DNA from: Stylophora pistillata
Taxonomy: Eukaryota
NCBI RefSeq assembly: GCF_002571385.2
Contig: NW_019217798.1
Span: 49,046-113,045 of the forward strand
Length of the DNA: 64,000 nucleotides
Direction: 5' to 3'
The position numbers were made by a program, and so were the translations under genes. Shown here in pieces: positions 12,443-22,827 of the stretch. The number at the start of each line of letters is the position of its first letter. The first letter of the stretch is position 1. Below the pieces are notes generated by a model. That model had not been told where the DNA came from. It did no database searches and saw nothing but the letters and a program-made list of their open reading frames with translations.

Positions 12443-15400
12443 GTATTGTGGTTGGTTTATTTTAAGCCTTGTGACTGAAGCGAAAGATCCGGTTTTAGTG
12501 AGTGACAAAGGTTTCCTCTTCGTTTTTTGCTTGTAATGCGGCCGAACCTATGGCCCTAAGCTATCTTATATTAAACATATTCCTAAAAATCTTTTAAGAA
12601 TAACTTTAAGAAGTAGAGGTCGAGAAAATCACTCAACTCCAAACTTAAGAGTTTTTCTTTCTCGGCTCAAATGCGCCGCTGTCCAGAGAGGAAAGGTGAG
12701 CTAGCACAGCTATCAAATGTCAAGCACAAAAAGACCGATTTTGCTCTATTTTCGCACGGGAAAATTTCCAAATAAACATAAAAGAAAAAGTTACTACACG
12801 AGCAAATCGATATACTCATAGAAATTTGAAAAGGGAAACAAAAGTACGAAAAAGGTCAAGTTCATTCGAAGACTTAATAATGCATTCTTACACGTAGTAA
12901 CGTTTGAAAGCTGTGTAACGTGGGCCCAGTGGACTGAAATGACTATGAAAGTCAATGTTGAGCAGCTCTTGCGTACGAAACAGATGATCACACTCTATTT
13001 GGGTGAGTGACGTATTGCGTTTGTTGGGAAAAACTCAAAAGATGAACAGAGGAGGTTAACTTTACTCAAGTCAAGGCACTAAAGGGATCAGTACGTGGTA
13101 AGTACTGTTTTTCAAAACAACTAATTAAATTCCATTTGCTGTTGTTGGCTCTTCATTGGCTTAACTTCTAGATCAAAGAGTCGTCTTTCAAATTGTTCCA
13201 ACTAAAAAAAAAAGCATGAACTGAGTGAGGTTAGTACTACATTTGTAAATGATTCAGTACAAAAAAACACAGACTAAATCGATCAATTAACACGATCGAG
13301 TTTAACTAGGACTGCAAGTGATAATTTTATCAAATAAGGCTTCCTAGTCTCAAATCATTAAATTCTGACATCCTCTGAGTTTGCTCTAACGCTACGCTAT
13401 TGCACCATCTTTACGCAGAATTCCAGCCATATTGTGGGAAAATTGCTCACAGTTTGTCTTCGAACTAAATACAGATCATTTGCTTTCCCCACGACTGAAG
13501 GGAAAATGAGGAGAGATACGTTGCCATTTTAACAAAATTTTTAAGCGATATCGCGATTTCATGCATTTCAGTTTTGAACTTTAGTTTCTTTTTACTGATG
13601 TTGGAATTGAGCTTGTTGAAATGTAATAAATCTATTTCACTTCACAGGGAATTTCAGTTCTCATTATTCATTGCATTTTACCACAAGATTAAGATTCAGT
13701 TGGAAGTTCTGTCTTGAAACGGTAAGTTATCTGTAGATGGTGACTAACGTTAACCAATAATTGTGATTTGCGCGATTGAAGACAAACTTGATAAATGAGA
13801 CAAATGGATTGGGTTGCATTCTATCGGTGCTTTACTCTAAGATGCCACATTATTAACTACTAGTTACTCTTGAAGGCTTTGAAGTGTTTTAAAGAGAGAA
13901 GATTAAATTCAGTCATATCTAAATTTTAAGCAAAATGATAACTTGGGGAAGGAAGAGCGATTAAAAAACTCGAATCACACTTACGAAGTAGAATCTTTGC
14001 ATGGGAGGACGAAATTTTCGTTAAAATGCGCAAAAACGGTGATTCCAGTAGTTTTTTGTGTGTGTGTGTGTGTGTGTGCGTTTATATGTTCTCCTTTATT
14101 CGGTCATGCGACTTTCAGTTTGAAAAGAGTGCATCGTGCGATTATACAAATAATGATGGAAATTCTACGAGGAAGACGTTTTTTAGTTTTCATTCGTAAA
14201 AAATAAGTCCATAAACTTTTTCCTGTTCAGGTCAAGTTTTTCTTTTTTTTTTTCCGAAGCTAAAAAAAAATTACCGAGAACGAGTGTTTTTTGGCATCTC
14301 ATCAGAAAATTCAATCCAAGAATAACTGATGCCTCTTTTTGCGATAAGAATCATTTGATTTCTCTGAACTTGGCGGAAAGTTTCACTTTCCAGGGCAGTG
14401 CATTTAATGGTTGGGTGAATGGATTTATAGAAGTATAGAAGCACAAGCTTTAACTGTCTTCTGATGATAGTAAAGAACAAACAAAAGATCCTCACATCCG
14501 ACAAAGGGGGGGCCTGTTGGAGCAGGAATTTTTAGCAGGTTTACAGGAAGCTGATGGATTCTGTAACATCCTGTCACTAGAATTTATGGGCAAACCAGGA
14601 TGCTTTATTAATACACATTGGAGGGAGGGGAGGGGGCTACAAGCACCCAAAGAACCCCCTCTTCCTTGGATACTCCCCCGTGAAGGTCATTCCTTCGAGG
14701 CCAAATTGTGAAAACTGTAAAATTGCTGAAAATAGAAATTAATTAACTATCAGATAAGCTAAAGAATAACATAATGGGCTGGGGTCTTTTAAGTTCACTC
14801 ATGCAGAATGAACGAGTGGTGATATACACATTCAACAAAATTGGAAAAGATTTGAAAAATATATCTTCACACTAAAAAAAGGAGGTTACAAATAGGGGGT
14901 GGGGGAACCTTAGCTCTCACATGATATTATATTTATGAAATCCAAGATCAAAAATAGTCTTACCCTCGAAAGGAAAGGGAAACAGAATATATATATAGAT
15001 GCATTTTTTTTGTTAAAAAATTCTTGATGTTAAAGAATGTAAAAATGGCCGATCGAGCTCGAGGGAGGTGTCACGACTATAAAAGACTTGATAGCGTCGA
15101 GTTAATACATAATATCTGGGTACTGATCCTTTCGCTGCAAAACATTACAAGAGTTTTACGCTTTATTCCATGATTGCTCTAATTAATTACACTTCAAGTA
15201 AACACAATCGGTGTCTTTTTTGACTAAGCCCTGAACCTTTCTTGACGAAATTTTGGCGAAGAAAATTTGACTCGGCACAACAAGCAAGTTGTTGCTATAA
15301 GAGTGATCTAGTCAGTATCTCAATTATCCTTGGCTTCATACTGTTTCATTAAGTTATAGCATGACAAAAGGACAACACCTTACAATAATTCCCGACTTTT

Positions 15401-16002
15401 CACCTTGCGGTTACTGTGGTTTCTCCTCTTCTTTTTAATTAGAAGATACTTTTGTATTAGTTCTTCATCGACTTATATCAAGGTCTTTATCGAAAGGAAA
15501 AGGAATTTTTCTAGCTTCAAATAGTGGTTTGATAGTGACGCTTTTGAGGATCCATTTTCATTTTCTATTGGTCTCTGATTTTTAGATTTGTACGATAGTG
15601 TAACGGGCATCCCAAAAGAACTGAGGAAGGGCGATCGTTTTTGCTGGAATAAATCAAATGAATGCGTCCAAATGCCCCTTCCCTTTCGCCCTGATTGTGG
15701 TGGATTTTGATTGTATCGCGATATAAATTTACTTGATCCCACCATCACGCACTGTTATATTCTCATGACCCTCCATAATTGGCAGTTGATTTTTCTACAA
15801 CATCCCCTTTATACTCTTTTGACAACGACTGACCCCTCCCCCCTTCCGTTCCCGTGAAAATCACTTCACTTCCACCCCCTCCCCCCAAGCGATAGGAAAT
15901 GGTTGATCTCTAAAACAATCGAAATCTCCAAGGCCTGTCTTGTTAACGAGCAGTTCTCCATTCCTAGCCAAAAACACTGACAGACTAACTACCAAAGCCA
16001 CC

Positions 16003-19000
16003 ATGATAAACAGCACACTAGAAATTGTAAAAGCCATCTGTATTGGTCGCATGGCCGCTGTCTTCCTTCGCAACACTGGTCGTGTGATGAAAGCCATCGA
16101 GTTATGCCAGGAATATTTGATTTTCCTAAACAGCCAAGCACTGATTAAAGATATTCGATTAGCCAACTTACTTTTCCGTGCTATCTACCTCGTGATGATC
16201 AATTCGTACGAAGCTATGCATGAGTATGCAATTGCCGAAAAATACCTCAGGGAGCTACTTTTCATGAACCAAACCTCGGATGACACCGTCGATAAAGGAT
16301 GGCTAAATTTACGACTGGCACGTACACTTCGGGCACAAAATAACTTACTTGAGGCCAGAAAACTTTATGAATCAGCAATAAACATTATAAAAAGGAATGA
16401 CAATACACGGACAAAAGTGCTTTTTTACGAAGATATGGGAACACTACTCCATGACATAGAAGAATATGACAAGTGTGAAACATATCTACTAAAAGCACTT
16501 GCTATTTCAAAAGAAATTTGCGACAGGGATGGAGAAGCGGCAAGCTGCGGAAACCTCGGAACACTGTTCCAGTCGCTTGGTAAATATTACAAGGCCGGAG
16601 AATATCAAGAGAGAGCACTCGCTATTAGAAAAGAAATTGGCGACAGGAGAGGGGAAGCGACAAGCTACGGAAATCTCGGAACATTGTTCCAGTCGGTTGG
16701 CAAGTATGACAAGGCCCGAGAATATCAAGAGAAAGCACTTATTATTAGAAGAGAAATTAGCGACAGAAAAGGAGAAGCAACAAGCTACGGAAACCTCGGA
16801 ACAACGTTCCAATCGCTTGGTATGTTTGACAAGGCCCGAGAATGTCAGAAAAAAGCACTAGCTATTAGAGTAGAAATTGGCGACAAAAAAGGACAGGCAA
16901 CAAGCAACGGAAAACTCGGAATATTGTTCCATTCACTTTGTAAATATAACAAAGCCCGAGAATGTCAGGAGAAAGCACTAGCTACGTACATAGAAACTGG
17001 CGACAGAAAAGGAGAAGCAAACAGCCACAAAGACCTTGGGATATTGTTCCTATCGCTCGGGAATTATGACCAAGCCCGAGAGCATCTAGAGAAAGCACTC
17101 GCAATCCAATTAGAAATTGGCGACAAAAAAGGAGAAGCAACTAGCTACGGCAACCTTGGAGCATTGTTCCACGTCAAAGACAATTATGACAAGGCCCGGG
17201 AATATCAGGAGAAAGAACTAGCCATCAGAACCGAAATTCACGACAAAAATGGAGAGGCATTATGTTATGGAAGCTTAGGATTACTGTTCCAGTCCCTTGG
17301 AAAATACGATAAGGCGCGAGAAAATCAGGAAAGAGCACTTGCTATTGCAAAAGAAATTGGCGACAGAAATTTAGAAGCATCAAACTACGGAAACCTCGGA
17401 AGATTGTTCCAGTTGCTTGGTAAATATGACAAGGCCCGAGAATATCAAGAGAAAGCACTCGGTATTAGGAAAGAAACTGGCGACAGAAATGGAGAAGCAT
17501 CGAGCTACGGAAACCTGGGAACACTGTTTCAGTCAATACATCAATTCGACAATGCCCGAATATATCAGGAGAAAGCTCTTGCTATTAGAATAGAAATTGG
17601 CGACAGGAATGGAGAAGTAACAAGCTACGGAAACCTGGGGACATTGTTTCAAGCCCTTGGTAAATATGATAAGGCCCAAGAATATCTGGAGAAAGCACTT
17701 GCTATCATTAGAGAGTTAGATAGCAGCAACAGAAATAAAGAATCGACAAACTTGGGAAAGGTAGGAACATTGTTCCAAGCACTTGGTAAATATGACAAGG
17801 CCCTAAAAGATCAGGAGAAAGCGCTTGCTATGAAAATGGAAATTGGCTACAGAAGACTAGAAGCAGTATGTTATGGAAACCTCGGATTACTGTTCCAGTC
17901 CCTTGGAAGATACGACAATGCCCGAGAAAATCAGGAAAGAGCACTTGCTATTGCAAAAGAAATTGGCGACAGAAATTTAGAAGCATCAAACTACGGAAAC
18001 CTTGGAACATTGCTCCAATTGCATGGTATATATGACAAGGCCCAAGAATATCAGGAGAAAGCACTTGCTATTAGAGGAGAAACTGGCGACAGAAATGGAG
18101 AAGCATCGAGCTACGGAAACATGGGAACATTGTTTCAATTACTAGGTCGATGCGACGATGCCCGAATATATCAGGAGAAAGCTCTTGCCATTAGATTAGA
18201 AATTGGCGACAGAAATGGAGAAGCAACAAGCTATGGAAACCTGGGGACATTGTTTCAAGCCCTTGGTGAGTATGACAAAGCCCAAGAAAATCTGGAGAAA
18301 GCACTCGCCATCAAATTAGAAATTGGTGACAGATATGGAGAGGCAACTATCTTGGAAAACCTCGGAACATTGTTCCAGTTGCTTGGTAAATGCCACAAGT
18401 CTCGAGAGTACCAGGAGAAAGCTCTCGCTATTACAATAGAACTTGGCAACAGAAAAGAAGAAGCAGTATGCTATGGAAACCTCGGAGCATTATTCCATAC
18501 CCTTGGTAGATATGACAAGGCCCAACAATATCAGGAGAAAGCACTTGCTATCCGATTAAATATTGGCGACAGAAATGGAGAAGCAAAAAGCTACGGAAAC
18601 CTAGGAAAGTTGTTCCAATCGCTCGGTAAATATGACAAAGCCCGAGAGTATCAGGAGAAAGCACTTGCTATCACAATAGCAATTGGCGACAAAAATGAAG
18701 AAGCATCGAGCTACGGAAACCTGGGAACACTGTTGCAATCACTAGGTCAATACGAGAAGGCCCGAATATATCAGGAGAAAGCTCTTGCCATTAAAAGAGA
18801 AATTGGCGACAGGGATGGAGAAGCAACAAGCTACGGAAACCTCGGAACATTGTTCCAGGTCTTAGGTAAATATGACATGGCCCGGGAATATCAGACGAAA
18901 GCACTAGCTATTAGAACTGAAATTCGCGACAGAAATGGAGAAGCAACAAGCTTGGGAAACCTCGGAATACTGTTCCAATCAATTGGTAAATTTGACAAGG

Positions 19001-21576
19001 CCCTAGAATATCAGGAGAAAGCACTAACCATTGCAAAAAATGTGGGCGACAGGGATGGAGAAGCAGCAATTTACGGAAACCTTGGAACATTGTTCAAAAC
19101 CCTTAGTAAATTAGACAAGGCCCGAGAATATCAGGAAAAAGCACTCGCAATCCGATTAGAAATTGGCAACAGAAATGGAGAGGCAACAAGCTACGGAAAC
19201 TTAGGAACATTGTTCCAAGCCCTTGGTAAATATGACATGGCCAGAGAATATCAAGAGGAAGCACTTGCCATTAGAATAGAAATTGGTGACAGAATTGGAG
19301 AAGCAGCAAGCTACGGAAACCTCGGAACATTGTTCGAATTGCTTGGTAAATATGACAAGGCCCGAGAATATCAAGAGAAAGCACTCGGTATTAGGAAAGA
19401 AACTGGCGATAGAAATGGAGAAGCATCGAGCTACGGAAATCTTGGAACATTGTTCCAGTCGGTTGGTAAATATGACAAGGCCCGAGAATATCATGAGAAA
19501 GCGCTTAACATCAGAACAGAAATTGGCGACCTGAACGGAGAAGCAAAATGCCTAGGAAACTTCGGAACATTGTTTCAGACGCTTGGTGAATTTGAAAAGG
19601 CTCAAGAATTTCTCGAGAGAGCACTAAGTATGTGTAAGAGAATAGGCAACAGAAAAGATGGGGCGACCAATTATGGAAACTTAGCAGCTCTGTTTATTTC
19701 TCTCGGTAAATACCGAAAGGCTGACGAGTATTCAGAGAAAGCACTGGCAATTAGATTACAAATTGGTGACAGAAGAGGAGAAGCAACAGATTACGAACAT
19801 CTTGGTAGAATTTCCCTTCAGTGTGGCTATTATGACAGGGCTCAAGAATATTTCAAGGATGCCCTTGCAATTCAAATGGAAATTGGCGATAGAGAGGGAA
19901 TGTTAAACAGTTTCATGGGTTTGGGATTGTGTTTTCAATCGCTTGATGAATATGACGTGACCGAAGAATACCTCAAGAAGGCTCTCCTTTTAAGCAGGGA
20001 TATTGGAAACAACTTGAAAGAATTTCACTGTCTTTGTTGTCTAACGATATTGAAGTCACTTCAAAATAAAGTTAAAGAGGCCCTCTCGTGGTCTTTTCAA
20101 AGCATAAAAAAATTCGACACTCTGCGAGATTTTCAGGAACGCAACGATCAATTTAAAACATCCCTTTTAGAGGAGCACGGTGCTCCTTCCTACAGGTGGC
20201 TCAGTGTCACGCTTTCTTCTGCCGATAAACCTAAAGACGCTATCTATGTCGAAGAGCTGAGACGGGCGAGAGGCTTGGCCGACTTGATGGCAGCTCTGTA
20301 CTCTATTGAAGAACAGATCTTAGGGAACCCACGATCATGGTGTGGCATTTGTAAAATTATCACAAGAGAGTTAGACTGCGCATGCCTGTACGTTTCGGTA
20401 GAGAAAGAAGAAGTTCGTTTTTGGATTCTCAAAGCAACGGGAGCCATTCATTTTACCGAAAAGAAGGTGGACCTTGAAGCAAACGTGCTGACCGGATTAG
20501 TGCCCGACTTAAACGAGTTTCTTAAAGAGAGCTTTCGAAGCCCTAACAGAATTGACGACGTGAATTGCAAAGATCGATATCAAGAGGACACACAATCAAT
20601 GTCACTTCGCCATGGAAGCCGCCTGCCTCTGCGTGATTATGATGCTAAAGAAATCAAAGCGAATCTTCAATTATGCTACGAGATAATCATTTCTCCTGTG
20701 ATTGACTTGCTTAAGGAGCCCGAGATTATAATTGTTCCCGATTCTTGTATGTACCAAATACCATTTGCAGCCCTAATTGACGAAGGTGGCAAGTATTTAT
20801 CAGAGAAATTCCGACTCCGAATCGTTCCGTCCTTGACGACTCTCAAGCGTATCCAGGACAGTCCTCCAGACTATCACAGTAAAACAGGTGCGCTGATAGT
20901 GGGTGATCCTGAAGTGGGAGATGTGATTTGTAATGGAAGACGCATGACATTCACAGCATTGCCATGTGCAAGAAAGGAAGCAGAGATGATTGGAAGACTT
21001 TTTGGCGTAACACCTTTGATTGGAGACTGTGCGAAGAAGCAAGCCGTTCTTCAAGCTATAAATTCGGTGAGTCTAATTCATCTCGCTGCCCATGGTAATG
21101 CCGAAAGAGGAGAGATTGCTCTCTCTCCGATGCGCCCATCTCTCTCTATTCCACGAGAAAAAGATTACGTTTTAACGATGGCGGACATTTCAAAAATCCA
21201 GCTACGGGCTAAACTGGTGGTACTTAGCTGTTGTCACAGCGGGCGTGGAGAGATTAAAGCCGAAGGAATTATTGGAATCGCTCGAGCCTTCTTAGGATCG
21301 GGTGCGCGCTCCGTGTTAGCGGCGCGCTGGGCCCTGAACGACGTAGCCACGGAGCAGTTCATGACTTGTTTCTACGAGCACCTGTTCCGTGGTGATAGTG
21401 CCAGTGAAGCTCTTTACGAGGCCAGAAAGTGGATGAGAAATAACGGCTTTGACAAAGTTTCACAATGGGCACCCTTCATGCTCATTGGTGACAACGTGAA
21501 ATTTAATTTTGAACAGTGCCCACCGCATCATTATTGCCATGAGTCGAGTAAGCCTTCTGTAGATGAAATGGACTAA
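16003..21576 (+). CDS. TPR-array + CHAT (caspase/HetF-like) protease, TTC28-like, single coding exon, ~1857 aa
   Basis: ATG at 16003 in a gccaccATG Kozak context (the ORF track starts at an upstream TTG). About 30 40-aa TPR units (consensus GDRNGEATSYGNLGTLFQSLGKYDKAREYQEKALAIRxEI). CHAT motifs IIIVPD, IPFAAL, IHLAAHG (His 21091-93), LVVLSCCHSG (Cys 21232-34), GIARAFLGSGARSV, WAPFMLIG. Confidence 0.95.
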   Translation: MINSTLEIVKAICIGRMAAVFLRNTGRVMKAIELCQEYLIFLNSQALIKDIRLANLLFRAIYLVMINSYEAMHEYAIAEKYLRELLFMNQTSDDTVDKGWLNLRLARTLRAQNNLLEARKLYESAINIIKRNDNTRTKVLFYEDMGTLLHDIEEYDKCETYLLKALAISKEICDRDGEAASCGNLGTLFQSLGKYYKAGEYQERALAIRKEIGDRRGEATSYGNLGTLFQSVGKYDKAREYQEKALIIRREISDRKGEATSYGNLGTTFQSLGMFDKARECQKKALAIRVEIGDKKGQATSNGKLGILFHSLCKYNKARECQEKALATYIETGDRKGEANSHKDLGILFLSLGNYDQAREHLEKALAIQLEIGDKKGEATSYGNLGALFHVKDNYDKAREYQEKELAIRTEIHDKNGEALCYGSLGLLFQSLGKYDKARENQERALAIAKEIGDRNLEASNYGNLGRLFQLLGKYDKAREYQEKALGIRKETGDRNGEASSYGNLGTLFQSIHQFDNARIYQEKALAIRIEIGDRNGEVTSYGNLGTLFQALGKYDKAQEYLEKALAIIRELDSSNRNKESTNLGKVGTLFQALGKYDKALKDQEKALAMKMEIGYRRLEAVCYGNLGLLFQSLGRYDNARENQERALAIAKEIGDRNLEASNYGNLGTLLQLHGIYDKAQEYQEKALAIRGETGDRNGEASSYGNMGTLFQLLGRCDDARIYQEKALAIRLEIGDRNGEATSYGNLGTLFQALGEYDKAQENLEKALAIKLEIGDRYGEATILENLGTLFQLLGKCHKSREYQEKALAITIELGNRKEEAVCYGNLGALFHTLGRYDKAQQYQEKALAIRLNIGDRNGEAKSYGNLGKLFQSLGKYDKAREYQEKALAITIAIGDKNEEASSYGNLGTLLQSLGQYEKARIYQEKALAIKREIGDRDGEATSYGNLGTLFQVLGKYDMAREYQTKALAIRTEIRDRNGEATSLGNLGILFQSIGKFDKALEYQEKALTIAKNVGDRDGEAAIYGNLGTLFKTLSKLDKAREYQEKALAIRLEIGNRNGEATSYGNLGTLFQALGKYDMAREYQEEALAIRIEIGDRIGEAASYGNLGTLFELLGKYDKAREYQEKALGIRKETGDRNGEASSYGNLGTLFQSVGKYDKAREYHEKALNIRTEIGDLNGEAKCLGNFGTLFQTLGEFEKAQEFLERALSMCKRIGNRKDGATNYGNLAALFISLGKYRKADEYSEKALAIRLQIGDRRGEATDYEHLGRISLQCGYYDRAQEYFKDALAIQMEIGDREGMLNSFMGLGLCFQSLDEYDVTEEYLKKALLLSRDIGNNLKEFHCLCCLTILKSLQNKVKEALSWSFQSIKKFDTLRDFQERNDQFKTSLLEEHGAPSYRWLSVTLSSADKPKDAIYVEELRRARGLADLMAALYSIEEQILGNPRSWCGICKIITRELDCACLYVSVEKEEVRFWILKATGAIHFTEKKVDLEANVLTGLVPDLNEFLKESFRSPNRIDDVNCKDRYQEDTQSMSLRHGSRLPLRDYDAKEIKANLQLCYEIIISPVIDLLKEPEIIIVPDSCMYQIPFAALIDEGGKYLSEKFRLRIVPSLTTLKRIQDSPPDYHSKTGALIVGDPEVGDVICNGRRMTFTALPCARKEAEMIGRLFGVTPLIGDCAKKQAVLQAINSVSLIHLAAHGNAERGEIALSPMRPSLSIPREKDYVLTMADISKIQLRAKLVVLSCCHSGRGEIKAEGIIGIARAFLGSGARSVLAARWALNDVATEQFMTCFYEHLFRGDSASEALYEARKWMRNNGFDKVSQWAPFMLIGDNVKFNFEQCPPHHYCHESSKPSVDEMD
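16430..20040 (+). repeat. Coding tandem repeat, 120-bp unit (TPR array), with one 6-nt insertion near 17720
   Basis: The ggaaacct(c/t/g)gga motif recurs every 120 nt from 16549 to 19555; register shifts by 6 nt at ELDSSNRNKE. Confidence 0.95.
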
Positions 21577-22827
21577 GAAGAGCTAGAGACTATCGATTTC
21601 CGGCGTACATTATCAGCAAGGACAAATCGGATCGATACACATAACAAAACATTCTTGTAAAAAGCTCATTTGATATCTAAGTTTAACATTTGGAGGCAGG
21701 ACGGTCCTTAATGTACTCTTTATAAGAGTTAAGCTCGTTTAGAACAAACTTCAGTATACCATATTTTGTAAAAGTGATAAGTTCACCCGCCAAGGCAAAT
21801 GAATAATAGCTAAATATTTTTTTTCTGATCAGACTAGTCGGTGAAGTAAAGAAAATTTTTTAAGTTATGCTTTTCAAAGGTGATAATTTCGTAGAGTCAA
21901 GCAGATTTTGGGTAAATGTTTGAAGTAAAGATGGTGTTTCTCAAAGTTTTTGTAGATTTACTTAAAGCTTGTAACGGGAAACTATATTCACCATATTTAT
22001 AATAGAAACAATTTTTTTTTCAAATAGTGCTCTCGTATACTCACACACATACAAACAAGAAAAAAGTGCGTAAATGAAATCTAGATGGAGAGCGATATCG
22101 CACTTTATAAATGTACAGGTGCATAAGTGTGAACAAAGAGGAGGGAGACGTAAAGTTAATTTGCTTAGTTTTTTGGTTTTGCTGCCATTTAATCTAGTGG
22201 AATACAGCAGGCTGCTCCACTACAATAAAACCCGCTCGCTGTAAGATAAGACTTCACACCGTGGAGTCCTCGGATGAATGGAAGCATTTTCCACAGCCTC
22301 TGATCTCTTTCTTGCATGAAGCTTAACCTCCCCACCTCACAGTTTCATTGTTCTTGTCATTATGATTCTCAATTTGTGCTGTATCAGCGGTTGCACTTTT
22401 AACATCCTGCACCAGTCCAAGCTATTAGGGGTCTAGATTATGAATAGGGGGCTTCCTTTGTTGAGAGAGTGAGGGAAACTCGTCTCTAGGCAATTTTAAA
22501 TCTGGCTAAGGTGGTAGCTACTGTTCTCACAAGGATTTGTTTGTTTTATGTATACGTTCACTGGGGCGTTAATTTCCCACGTGACTTTCCCACACAGCGT
22601 TTTGATAAACCATTCTAAGAAATTGTCTCTTTTTTTATACAAGTTCAGAGCTGTTAGCTGTTGTTGACTTAAGTCACTCTGTTGCTGAGACAGGAACGTC
22701 TGGTTAACATTTGTTCATGGCAGATCATGACTTGACACGCAACATTCCCTGAGCATTGCGTGACAGTCTTAATAACAATGTGAGTTGTGGTGTAATAATC
22801 CAATGCAACTTAAACGCGTAAGTTTCT

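Noticed and set aside
13090-13730. Strong donor-like sites (g|gtaagt near 13099 and 13721) as 5' UTR exons of the TPR-CHAT gene
   Set aside because: Plausible, but cannot be supported without transcript data.
16499-19534. Repetitive alternative-frame and antisense ORFs inside the TPR array
   Set aside because: Shadows of the 120-bp coding repeat; no independent evidence.
16430-20040. Regular repeats resembling a CRISPR array
   Set aside because: Contiguous in-frame coding units with no unique spacers and no cas genes; eukaryotic context.
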